A stretch of DNA of 64,000 bases from Peribolospora baueri (lineage: Eukaryota): the NCBI GenBank assembly GCA_029717555.1, contig JAMDHS010000009.1:186001-250000 (forward strand). The letters are read 5' to 3'. A model generated the notes under the pieces. That model was not told where the DNA came from. It did no database searches and worked only from the letters and a program-made list of their open reading frames with translations. Each line of letters begins with the position of its first letter. The first letter of the stretch is position 1. Made by a program: the position numbers and the translations under genes. Positions 48,742 to 60,700 of this stretch are shown one piece after another.

Positions 48742-50447
48742 TCAAGTAGGCTTAACCGTGATTGTGCAGTTCTTGTTCGCCGCCCCTTCCGCCAGGGAGA
48801 CAACGATGTGGTCTTTCTGAACGTCGGCGGTAATGTCGGGACCGGCACTGGTGTCGAAGGTGACGCCGCTGCTGTACATGCGTCCAGCGTCGAAGCGGAC
48901 AGTGAATTTGCCAGCTGCCGTCGGACGAATCCTGAAAACGGAAAAAAGGGAGTCCAAGGAAATCAGCTGGTGTGTCGATAGCTGGGTGGAGGTCACCTCA
49001 GACTCACCACACGGTGTACTCCTTGGATGAGGGCTCGAAGCGCTCTCGTTGGAAGACGCTGAAAGTTCAACATAAACACGCGTCGGCGTCTGCACTCGAA
49101 AATCATGACTGCATCAATGTGCAGGCACTTACACGGGCTGGTCGGCCTCCTCGATGATGTAAGGAGGATAGCCGCGCTCATAGAGGTTGTCACGCACGCG
49201 GGCCGCACCTCCGGGGATTTCCAGCGACAGCGAGGACATCCTGGGCGCAGATACGAGAAAGTGAATATGAGCATCATGGTCATCTCAATGTCCGCCTCTC
49301 ATGGAGAAGAAATACTCACAGCGCCGAGGGCACGCTGCCACCGAGGCTGTTCAGGACGAGGAGGGAAAGCAGAACTCGTGTAAGCCAGACGCTTTGCTAT
49401 CTGGGGAAACGAGATCGCAACTCACAGAATCTTGGTCAGGTAAGTGATCTCGGTGTTGTTACCCTTGCGACTGTCGTGCAAAAAGAATAGCATCGCTTAG
49501 AGTTCAGACCGCCGGCACTCTACAGAACCTTCTTCATCAACAAGTCGTGTTTTCCTCACACAAAGTGCCAGCCGCTGACGACAACTGTGGCACGAACCTT
49601 GCCCTTCACCTCAGGGGCAAGATCGTCGTCGACAATGCTCTTTTGCGTCATCAAAATGCGGTCCGGGTCGTTGGGCTTGGGCGAGCCGTCGGAGGCGGTG
49701 CGGTAGACGTTCTGCACGCCGACTATGTCGCGCGAAGAGAAGATGAAGCCCACACCCTTCATGACGGTGTAGAAAATGTAACTCGTCTGAGGGGGGCAAA
49801 TGCGGGCTGGGTTGAGCGGCCGTATCCACATCTCATGTGAACCCTCCACGGGTCACACCCACCTTGGCGAAACGCTTGAGAGAGTAGCCCTCTTCGAAAC
49901 GGCCATCCCAGTACTGTATGGAGAACGTACGCTCAGTTCACCGTCATGTATGGACGAGCAAATGAGACGTACCTTTCGGAAGCCTGGGTTGGCAACTGCA
50001 GCATAGACCTCGTCGGGGGTCGCGTTCTCGACGAGGGTCGTACCGCGGACCATGGGGATGTCGCCCTTCGTATCGCCGGGGGCCTGGCGCTGTAGTTGGT
50101 AGTCGAGAGCAGAGGCAGCGAGCCAATCGCGTCCTAGTTCAGCACAGTGACAGCCATATGAGGAAGAGGTCCAAAGAGGGTGTAGAACTCACCTTGAAGT
50201 ACTTGACATCGTCCTTCTCTTGGAACTCTACGCCCGGCACAAGAGCACGTCGTCCAAATGAAATCCGATGGACGGGTCAGCCGCTTCGATGCGACGATAA
50301 TGAAGAATGCTCTCCAAGCTCACGGTTCCAGTTCTCTTCGCTGGTAATCTCCTTCTCGAGGACGTTCTTCGCCTCTTCGCTGGCTTCCGGGACAGGGTTG
50401 ACTTCGTATCCTTCCTGGGCAGGGAAAAGAGGAATTTGAACCGACAT
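48742..50447 (-). CDS. START/Bet v1-like lipid-binding domain protein
   Basis: Spliced: 'DIPMVRGTTLVENATPDEVYAAV...RK|..WDGRFEEG', 'FYTVMKGVGFIFSSRDIVGVQ', 'SIVDDDLAPEVKGKVRATVVVSGW', 'TEITYLTKI|SLGGSVPS'. Confidence 0.8.
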
Positions 50448-50514
50448 TGTGGGGAGCGTTGAGAAGTGCCGCTGTAGAGCGAGAGGGGGATAACGACGGT
50501 GAAGGCTCGGGGCT

Positions 50515-50550
<36 letters not shown>
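50515..50550. repeat. G36 homopolymer
   Basis: 36 consecutive G between the START and RraA-like genes. Confidence 0.9.
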
Positions 50551-50551
<1 letters not shown>

Positions 50552-50843
50552 GTGAACGAGCTGGGGGTCGACTGCAGTCGATGAACGGGAGCGATGTGGG
50601 CTGCGACGTCGTCTCCACAGCCGCCCTGGGCGTATTTAAGTTATTTTCGATGACCCCACGACGGACGCGCTGTCCTCGGACCTCGGAAGCAACAAGGGTA
50701 AGATCGGATGGATCGAAGGAACCAAGCAAACGCATGTGAATCGAGAGGATCCCCGCCGTTCCTGATCACGTGACACTGGATCACTCCAAGGCACCCGCAC
50801 TTCTCGGAAACGTTCGTGTCCATCATCGCTGGATTTTCACGCC

Positions 50844-52150
50844 ATGACGTCCCTCGTTCAGCACGTCGTTGCTCGTCTCGGGCAGTTCTCCACGTGCGAG
50901 GTGAGCCGCCAATGGCCGAGCGGTGCATGCTCGTCGCATCACGTCGACCGATCGTACAAGCAACCCATATCCATCGATCTCCGTTCGCGTTGGCCCCCCC
51001 GGTTGCTTTCCTTCATCTCATTGTATCCCATCGCTCTCTTTGCCAGATATCAGATGCTCTCATCAAGTTGAAGCACCCGCACGGTGGCTTCCTCCCCGGA
51101 ATTCAAATGTGGAGCCCCCAGCATGACACCGGGCCTACCCGGATATGCGGGCCTGCGTTCACTGTCAAGGTGGGCGAGCCAGCAGTGTCCGGCGGCTCAG
51201 TGTATGATTGTCTGGAGCGGATGGGAATTCGTCTGTCTGACTGGAAAGTGGAATGGAATTTGACTGTTCCATGTTTGGTTTGGACATGCTCCCAGATGGT
51301 ATCCCAGGCGGACAAGGACGCTCCCAAGCCCTCCCAGCACTTTGTGAGGACCAGAAAGGTAGTGGAGCGGTGTTTTCGTCCATCTGACAGACCGTCTGCG
51401 TTACTGCATCTGCATCGTTTGCTCATCATTGCTCTCAGGTTGACGCTGCGGAGGAACATTCGATCATGGTCATCTCTGCCCCTCCGTGTAAGTGGGCGGG
51501 CGCGGTCGTCCTTCCTGTTTTCCTGAGCCTCTACGTCTATCCGTCCTGACATCCTCCCTGTCTTTCTTTCTAGACGTTCGATCAGCCATTTGGGGAGGCC
51601 TAATGACGGCCAGAGCACAAGCGAAAGGAGTAAAGGGCGTCGTGCTGGACGGCCGATGTCGAGACCTAAGCGAGCATAGGGAGGCCGGCTTTCCGGTGAG
51701 CGCGTCGAAAGCGCCACGCTGCGCCGTATGAGCCTTTGGGAGGCCCTTAATTCAATCTGACTCTTGCCATCTCTTCCTTCACCGGTCTCCCTTTTCTCCC
51801 GCTTGTTAACCACAAACAAGATCTTCGCCCGCTCACACTCGACGCTCGGTCAATCGCCGTTTACGCGCCCGTCCGAGCTCCAAGTGCCGTTAACCATATC
51901 CGACCCTTCTTTCATAGTCCCCTACGACGCCCCTCGTCTTGGGGATTCGAACTCCTTCCCGCCGCTCACGCTCCACCCAGGGGACTACATCGTGGCAGAC
52001 CTAGACGGTGTCGTCGTCGTCCCCCGTTCGGAGGCTGAGAAGGTGATCGAGCTAGCGCAGAAGGGGAGGGAGGTAGACGAGAGGTGCATGGCGGATCTGC
52101 GCGCGGGACGGAGCGTGAAGGAGACGTTTGCGGAACATCGAGGCAAGTGA
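50844..52150 (+). CDS. RraA-like / 4-hydroxy-4-methyl-2-oxoglutarate (HMG) aldolase family protein
   Basis: 'FSTCE|ISDALIKL', 'CGPAFTVK', 'AIWGGLMTARAQAKGVKGVVLDGRCRDLSEH', 'PGDYIVADLDGVVVVP'. Confidence 0.9.
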
Positions 52151-53072
52151 ACGAATCCAGCGGCGTGTCTGCTGGCTCGACCCGACCCGGCCTCAAGCTC
52201 GTCGCCTTACCTCCCAGCGGCGGACGGTCCGGTCGGTATTTGGGTGGGGACCGTCGACCTGTGTTCTGACGTAGAAGGACGTTATGGGAACGGAGTAACT
52301 CTTCTTCTTCCCCGTTTACTCGTCCCCGCTCGCCCCGCTCCTCTCCGGGCAAAAGTTGTGCAGACGGGATTGGCCGAAGACGTGTGAGATCGTTTCACAA
52401 AAGCCGTTTCGCTCGGGAGCCGTGGGTCACCCGGAGATATTTATCCATCAGGAAGGACGGAGTTGGACGGGGGGGGAGGAAGTTTTCTTTGTAAACACAA
52501 ACACCTGTGACGAGCGAGGGAAGCGTGATCGACCACCGTCAGAAACAAGGAAAACATGGAGGGAGCGGACGGGGTGGTTTGGTTCATTCACGGTGCAAAG
52601 CGGTGCGCCGCGACGCGAGCGACGGAGATACACAGGCCAGCCAGCGGAGGGCGGGAGGGAGAGCTGGGAGGCCGTGAGTGAGGAGGCTATGGCTCTGAGA
52701 CGGCATGGCGGACTCGAAGGAGGGGGGAGGGGTGAAGGAGAAGGGGAGACGAGCGCGCGCGCGTGGGAAAAAATAAGGAGGCGATGAGGGCGAGAGAAGG
52801 TGAATCGGTCGATCGAACGAGTCGACGCGACGAACGAACGGCGTGTCCAGCCCCGTGCGTGGTGTCCCGAAGCGAGCGTGACGAATGGTAGAGGGTGAGA
52901 GGATGGGTGTGAAAAGTTTGTGAACGAAGGAACGAACGAGATGGGAAAGGTGGAAGAAGGGAGACGCGCAGGGAAGGAAAAGGAAGGACGGTAGGGAGAA
53001 CGACGAGCGTCACAAGCATATGCGAAGTGGAAAAGAACGGTGTGAGGCCTCCCCCGCTGGCGCTGGCGCCGT

Positions 53073-54549
53073 TCAGAACTCGTGGTCGAGGACCTCCTGC
53101 TCGGTCTGCGGCCTCGCCTCGCCTCGTCTCCTGCCGTCACGGCCACCACCAGAGTTCGAGTTGGCGCCGGGAAGACGAGGAAGGTTTTTGCCGGCGGCGC
53201 GAGATGACGAGGGTTGGTAACGAGTGCGTGTAGGGTCCTCCGGGCCTTCGTCATCGGCGTCCCTCGTCTGCGTCCGGTCCACCGGGGGCCCGAGATCATC
53301 GGAAGCGTGTCCGCCATACTCGGCATCGTGGTAACCCCGGTTGCTCCTCCTATCCCAGCTCGGGTCATCATCCTCCGCCTCTCTTCCACGAGCCTCGCGC
53401 CTCACCCGCTCGCTCCGACTGAATCGGTCCGCCTTGTCCTTGTCCTTGTCCTTGCCACCACCGCCGCCGCCCTTGATGCCGCCAAAGAATCCTCGGGAGC
53501 GGCTCTTGGACCGTGCTCGCCGTTCGCCCCATCCTGGTCCCTCGCCCAAAGAACCGTTGGAAGCGGAAGCGGAGGGGACGGCGAGGTCATCGATGGCGTA
53601 AGGGTCAGCGCGAGAACGCGAGGGCCGGATCGAGTATCGGTCGGCCGCCCGGCCTCGACCGTCGTTCAGCGTGGGCGTAGGCGGGTTGGGCATGTCGGGG
53701 TTGTAATACTGCGGATTGTCGAACTCGTCCCCCTCCCCTCCTCCTCCGCCGCCGCCCATCCGACGCGATCGGGAGGAGGAGCTCTCGGCGTCATACGACA
53801 TGTCGTCCTCGTAGCCGACGCGAGTGGGCAGGCGCTCGCTGTACCGGCCCACCCACTGACGCTTCTTGGCGAGCTTCTTGACGTCGTAGTCGTCCACGAG
53901 GCCGTAGCGTACTGCCCACTTGGGGGTGCGGTTGCGGTTCGTGTTGTTTCGAATGTTTTGGATGAAGAAATTGTGTCCCTGTAGCAAAGGAAGCAAAGGC
54001 CGGGCGTCAGCGCCGTGTGACTGACCGGGCGCCTGACAGCTACTTACGTGACCTGGGAAATCTGCGGGACGGTGATGGAATCGAGTAGGCCGAGGAAACG
54101 ATGGGGTGAGCGTCGAGGGGAGCCCGCTGCGTCGTCCGTGCTTACTCACAACCCAAGATGGTCAGAATGACGTTGATGAAGAAATCTTTACCGATGCCAA
54201 ACCGGACGGCGACGGCCTGCGGGAGGTGAGAGACGGGGAAGAAAGGGCAGGGGCAGAGTGAGCAGAGGGGAGGAGAAAAGGACGGTCGAGCTTGCCTGGC
54301 GGCCATGTACGGACGGCTACGCACGAGCGGCGGCAAGAAGAAACCGCAGAGCCAGATGACGAACTGAAAGCGGCGAGGGAAATCGAGGGGGAAAGAGGAG
54401 GACACGACGACGGTCAGCGGAGCTCGCTGGCGCACTGGGTCGAGACCCTTATCTGAGGCTGTACTGACCGAGAAGCCGTGGTGTCTTCGCGGCGTAAAGT
54501 CGACCTTGCCGTTCTCCTTCCGCGGGACATACCTATTTGCGATGTCCAT
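53073..54549 (-). CDS. Pmp3/UPF0057 proteolipid-domain protein with a long hydrophilic tail
   Basis: 'FVIWLCGFFLPPL|AVAVRFGIGKDFFINVILTILG|YFPGH|GHNFFIQNIRNNTNRNRTPKWAVRYGLVDD', C-terminal 'LDHEF*'. Confidence 0.85.
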
Positions 54550-55512
54550 GACGGGCTGCGAAGGGTGGTGGGGAGGAGAGAGAGGTGGGTGGGAGAAGAG
54601 GGAAGCGGGGCGAAGGCGTGTGGGCCGTCTGTGCGCCTGTTGCTCCGACGGTCGTCCGAGAGAGAGACTCGCGGAAGCGTAGGAGGAAGGCCGACGACAA
54701 AAGCCGGGCGACGCCCTGGCGGAGGGTGTGTGGCGGAGAAGGGAAGATGGATGACGATCAGGCGGTGGTTCGATGTCGAGGGCGAGGGCGAGTGGCCGAG
54801 GTTGTGGTGTGCGAGCGGTAGGTCGGAGGCGGGAGGGCGGGAGAGTGAGGGTCGGATCGGAGGGAAGAGCGGGAGAAAAGGGAAGAAGAGGGGACGCAGA
54901 GGCGGCGAGGGAGACTTGGGTGGATGAAGGACGGAAGAAGGAGGATGGAAGAAGGAAGATGGAAGAGACGATGAAAGATGAAAGATGGAAGAGGACGATG
55001 GACGATGACGACTTTGGCCTAGGACCTCGCCTCGCTTCGCATACCCACCTTTTCCCGGCATCGCTCCACCCGCGGGCGGCAGCGGCCCTGGCGAGCACGC
55101 GGACAGACAGATAGGACGGATTTATTTAAATGTATTGCTGAGCTCGCCGCTTCCATTCACCATTCACCAGCAGCACAGCGCCCACCACCACCCCGCCAAC
55201 CGCACACACAGGCGACGACGTACAACGAACGACGAACATAACGCACTGCCTCGACGTCGCCTCCGCCTCGCACAGCCCGCAACCGTCGAACACCCACGTA
55301 GCCCGCCGCTCGGCACCGCTACTGCGGCTGCCAACCGACTGCGGCACCCGCCGTGGCCATATCATTATCATTGATCGATCGACCGACTGACTGACTGGCG
55401 GACGGACAGACGACAGGGCAAGACAAGGCAAGACAAGAGATAGGGTGATAGGGAGATAGATAGAGGGAGAGACCCCCAACACCGCTCGCTCGTCCCGCCA
55501 AGTGCCAAGACC

Positions 55513-57543
55513 ATGTCTCGCCTTCTACGCCCTCTCTCCGCGCCGTGGAGCCAGTCGAGGTGGACAGCTCGCCCGCCAGGAGACTACCGGCCGCTGGGCG
55601 ATGACAACGGCGGCAGCGACGACGACGACGACGCCGCTCGCCATGCTTCCTCTCCGGACATGCAGCAGGAGCTCGGATCGGCGTCGTCGAAATGGGACGG
55701 GAGCAAGCTCGTCAAGGCCGTCTTCTTCATCCAAGGAGCTGCAGTCCTCTTGCCATGGAACGGTGGGTGACAAGCCTACATGCGACGAACACGAACGAGA
55801 CAGACGAGCTTCTCGTCCTCACGCCTCCGTATCCCTCCCGCACAGCCTTGATCACGCCGTCAGAATACTTTCGATCCCGCTTCGCCGCAACGCCGTACGC
55901 CTCCTCCTTTGGATCATGGCTCCTCATCGTCTTCACCGCTAGCAATCTTGGCTTCGTGGGGCATGCCACTGCGACGCTCGCACAGGTGATTATCGAGCTG
56001 ATACGATGGGACGACGAAGGAAGCGCTGATCGAACATGGCCTTGCCTACCTTTCCAGATCGACCCAGCGAAGCGGATGACACTCTCCATATTGGCCATCC
56101 TCGCCACGTTGACCTTGGTCACCTTCTCCACATCATGGACCACACCTTCTGCGCCACTCCTCGGCCCGGACCACGACGTCCCATCGTCCAACGCATACTT
56201 CTACGCCATCCTTGCCGCTGCCGTCGTCCTCTCTGGCGGTGGAAGCTACCTGCGTGAGCACTTCTCCCTCCGACCGCTCCCCAACCTTTGCTTCACACGC
56301 TCATTCCCTTCCGCTCCCGTCCACCTGATTACAGAGAACGCTGTCGTGGCATTTGCGTCCATGTTCGGTCCTTCCATCATGCAGCTCATGCTCGCCGGAC
56401 AAGGAGCCGTCGGCGTCCTTGTATCGCTCCTCCAGTTGCTGTCCGCCGCCGGCGCGGGGCGGACCATGCCCAAGAAGGACGCGGATACCCAAGGCAAGAG
56501 CGCGTTTACCTTCTTCCTCGTCTCGACCTTGTTCATGCTCCTCGCCCTCGCCAGTCACGCCGTGCTCATCGCCCGAGGCACCTACGACGAGGTGCTCAGG
56601 ATTGCGCGCCCAAAGCTCGCCGGCGACCGTGTCGCTGTAGCTCCTACGTCTCGTCCTGACAACGGCCATGCGAGCGTATCTCCCGACTCGACCGTCGACA
56701 CGCGACCCGCCGCCGAGCCGTCCGTCAACGCAATGGACGACGCGTGGGTAAAGATCATCAACGTCAACAGAAAGGTCCTCCCTCTCGGTTTCGCTATCGC
56801 TTATGTATTCATCGTCACCCTGAGCGTGTTCCCTGCGTGAGTAGGGCAGCTGGACCGACGTCGGACTCGTTCACGTCGCCGCCTTCCAACTGACTGGTAC
56901 ATCCCCCGTGCAGTTTGACCGCCTCCATCCACTCAACCCACCACACCAAAACCGGGCTCCGGTCTCCTCCCATCTTCATCTCCTTCCATTTCCTCCTCTT
57001 CAACCTCTCCGACCTTATCGGACGCTCTCTCCCGTCCTACTCCCTTTTCTTCATCTCCAATCGCAGGACCCTCATAGTGTCTGCCTTGTTGCGCACGTTC
57101 TTCGTTCCGCTGTTCGCGCTTTGCAACGTTGTTGGCCAGGCGGACGGATTGCGGGCTGCTTGGATTGGCGACAGGGGCTATTGGGTCCTCTTAGTGGCCT
57201 TTGGCCTCACTAACGGCCTGGTCAGCACTTGCATCATGTGAGTCGCCCCTCTCTCTCGCCTTTCGATGTGCCGTCAGGCGAACCTCCTTTCCTCGCCCAC
57301 GCACTTCTTTCCAGGATGACCGGACCACGCCCTAGCCCATCAGCGAGCACCACCGCAAGACTCAACGAGCTAGAGTCAGCCACCACAGAGCGGGACGGGG
57401 ACGGGGACGGGTTGAGGGAAGACGAAGTAGGCATGGCGGCCACCATCCTCGCCTTTTGGCTTACCATCGGGCTCAGTCTTGGTAGCGCTGCGAGCTTTTT
57501 GGTGCGCGGAATGGTGTGTGCATGTAACCCTTTTTATGCATAG
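55513..57543 (+). CDS. Equilibrative nucleoside transporter (ENT/Fun26-like)
   Basis: 'QGAAVLLPWN|ALIT', 'LAGQGAVG', 'VTLSVFPA|LTASI', 'FNLSDLIGR', 'FGLTNG', 'GLSLGS', C-terminal 'CNPF'. Confidence 0.9.
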
Positions 57544-57769
57544 ATGGCAAGAAGAAAGAAAGATAAGAGAACGGGGATCGTGTGCGAAGAAGGCCATGGC
57601 GGTCGGTACCGCCGTCCTTTCCCCTTTTCCTTTTCCCCCCTTCCCGTCCGCCCTGCCCAGCACGTGACAGTGGATGGCAACTGGTCACGCCGCGCAAAGA
57701 GCCGCGTCGCCGCCTGGCTCCGATCACAACACCAGCAGGCTGCTTCCTCCCCCCACCACCACTTGATTG

Positions 57770-60700
57770 ATGGTCGCAGGGCAGCGGGACGGGAGCGCAC
57801 GTCCATTGTCAACATCTCAGACCTCTTCCTTGGGCTCGTTTGGGTCGGACGACCCCTCTTTCTTAGAGGCTCTCGCCAGCGCTCAGCTCACTCCGCCGAA
57901 TGCATGTCCGGACCAGGACCAGAGCTCAAAGGAGGTCGCCGAGCCTCTGCGCCCCGATGAGGCGGCGACGGCGGCCGGGGGGAAGAAGAGGAAGGCCGAC
58001 GGATGGATGGACGACAACAACGGGGTGGGCGACTCTGGAGATCGTCCTTCGCGACCCGCTTCTGGCCCAGCGACGCCCCCTCGACCTTCCCCAGACCGCC
58101 GGAGCCTCTCGACCCTTCCCTTGCCCCTTCCACCTCCCCGAAGGTCACCCACGAAGACGCCTGAAAAAGGCTCCCCTCGTCCGCTCACTGCCCTCGGGAG
58201 CGCTTTTAGCCAATCTCAAGTTGGCTCTGAATCGAGTCCAACACGTCCAGGTCCTCCCTTCGAGACAAAGTCGCCGATGGGCCCTCCCGACGACTCGGAA
58301 GCTCATCATGGCTTAACCTCCGTCTCCGTCTCACTTTCGTCCTTTGCCGACGACAAGTCAGCTTATATGCTCGATCCGGCCTACAGACCCATCGGGTTTG
58401 GCGGGTTTAGGGAGTTTGTGCGGAACAAGCGCAGGAAGCTGCACGTCCAGGAGGACGCCATCAACGAGGATGGGGGAGGCAAGGTATCGGATATTTTCAA
58501 GGGCGTCAGCGTATATGTGAGTCCATCGTGCTTTTGTGAGCCTCTTCACGGACTTCTTCTCCTTTTTTTGCGACATGCCCATCCATGACCGCTCCCATCT
58601 ACGTCATCTCGACGTCCTTTCCCCTTCCAGATCAATGGCTATACCTCGCCTTCTTTTCAAGTCCTCCGTCGCTTCATCGTCCAACATGGAGGCGTCTTCC
58701 AGGCATATCTCGACCGCAAGTCTCTCATCACGCATATCGTCGCCCAAAACTGTGAGTTCAACGTTCACGTCGCTCGCCCTTCCAACGCTTATCGCATCCT
58801 CGCTCTCGCTCAGTGACACCGGCGAAGCGCATCGAGTTCGCCAAATACAAAGTCGTCACTCCGTCCTGGATCCTGGACAGCATCAAAAAGGGCCGATTGG
58901 AGAGTTGGGAGGATCACCGCCTTCGCACCCACGGCACTGGGCGAGGAGCTGGCAACGGAGGGCTTAGCTGGCGGGATGTCGACGGCGCTCCGGAGGCGTC
59001 TACTTCCAGCAAGACCCTTGAGGCGATTGTCGATGACGCGCCCGCCTTCGCTGCATTCCGCCAGACGGCCGACGACTCTCCCCTCGGCCATCCATCTTTG
59101 CAGCGCAGATTGGACAGATTTATCGGTTCGGCTGCTTCTGGTGGAGCTCCGTTGCCCTCGTCTCCATCCAAGTCGACCTCGCCCCGAGGCTCTAATGCGG
59201 AAGACACACAAAGGTCGAACAAGGCGACGACGAGCCCCAGCAAATCCAGAATGGAAGCATTGGCGATGGGCAAACCGAGCCCTTGGGCAAGGATGGCAGC
59301 TGGTCGACGTTCGAAACCTGGCGCAGGCAACGGGCCACAGACGCCTGAACGCTTTGCGGAGGACGTCCCCGCCTCACCCACTTCTGAGCAAGAACTTGGC
59401 GATCCGGACATAGGCGTGGCGGGCGGGATGGACGTCGATCAAGATCATCCCGGCGCGGATCGAATGGATGGCCAAGCGAGCGAGACTGGTCCTTTTACCT
59501 CACAGGCCGCGCCGTCCGAAAGCTCCAGACCACCATCCACTTTAGTCAAAACTTCCTTGTTGCAATCTTCGAGAACGGCAAGCAGCCACGACGCCGAGTA
59601 CCTCCCATGCTCTCGAACACCTCACGAGCCGCGACATTCGGCGTCCCCGTCCCCGGAGGAAAGAACCGCTCTTCCACGGTTACCAGGAACACCGGGCAAT
59701 CGCCCTCACCCGAACCATCCCAGCATTCCGTACACTCGCTTCTCCTCAAACGCGCTAGCGGCCAAGCTCGTGGCGGACCCGAACTGGCGCGAGGCTCATA
59801 CGGCAGCCAGCGGGGACGCGTTTCTCAAGGGGTTCTTTGAGAAATCCAGACTCCATCACCTGAGCACCTGGAAGGCGGAGCTCAGGGAATGGATCGGTAG
59901 GGCTCAGGAGGAGAAGAGACTGGCGGAGGAGAGGGAGCTGGAACAGACGGCCGCCGTGGGACGTAAGGCTGGGTCGGCCGTTCCTCGAAACAAGGAGAGA
60001 GTGGTCATGCATGTGGACGTGAGTGGAACGCAGAAGGCTTCCCGACATCGCTCATTCGCTCATTTTCTTCGTTCCATCACGCACAGTTTGACTCGTTCTT
60101 CGTTTCAGCTGTCCTCCGTGACCGCCCAGAGCTGCGAGACAAGCCCGTCGCCGTCTGTCACGGCTCCGGCAGGGGAGCAGGGACTGATTCGGCAAAGGGC
60201 AAAGGCAAGGCGATGGCGTGTGAGGAGCGGGACGACAAGCAGGAGCGACCCGTGGTCGTGGACGCCCGCCGCGCCGTCGGACAACCATCGACGAGCGAGA
60301 TCGCGAGCTGTAACTACGTTGCCAGGACTTTTGGCGTGAAGAATGGGCAGAGGTGAGAGACGTCTCCGGGTCAGAGCGGTTCATCGCTCAAGGTCGCCTC
60401 TCTGAATCTGACTCCATCGTTTCGTTCTTCCCACTGACAGCCTCGGAGCTGCTCTCGAGCTCTGTCCCTCCCTTATCACCCTGCCATACGATTTCCCTCT
60501 CTATCAGAAAATCTCTCTCGAGTTCTACACCACTCTCCTACCTTACGCCGATCGTCTCCAAGCGGTCAGTGTGGATGAGGCGCTGATGGAAGTGGGTGAC
60601 CGCGTCAGGCGGTTTCGAGAGGAATCTCAGAGTGCGCATGCGCCCGGTGCTGTCCCCTCCGAGATGCAAGGCCCGAACAAGCCCGCGGCGGAGGAGGATT

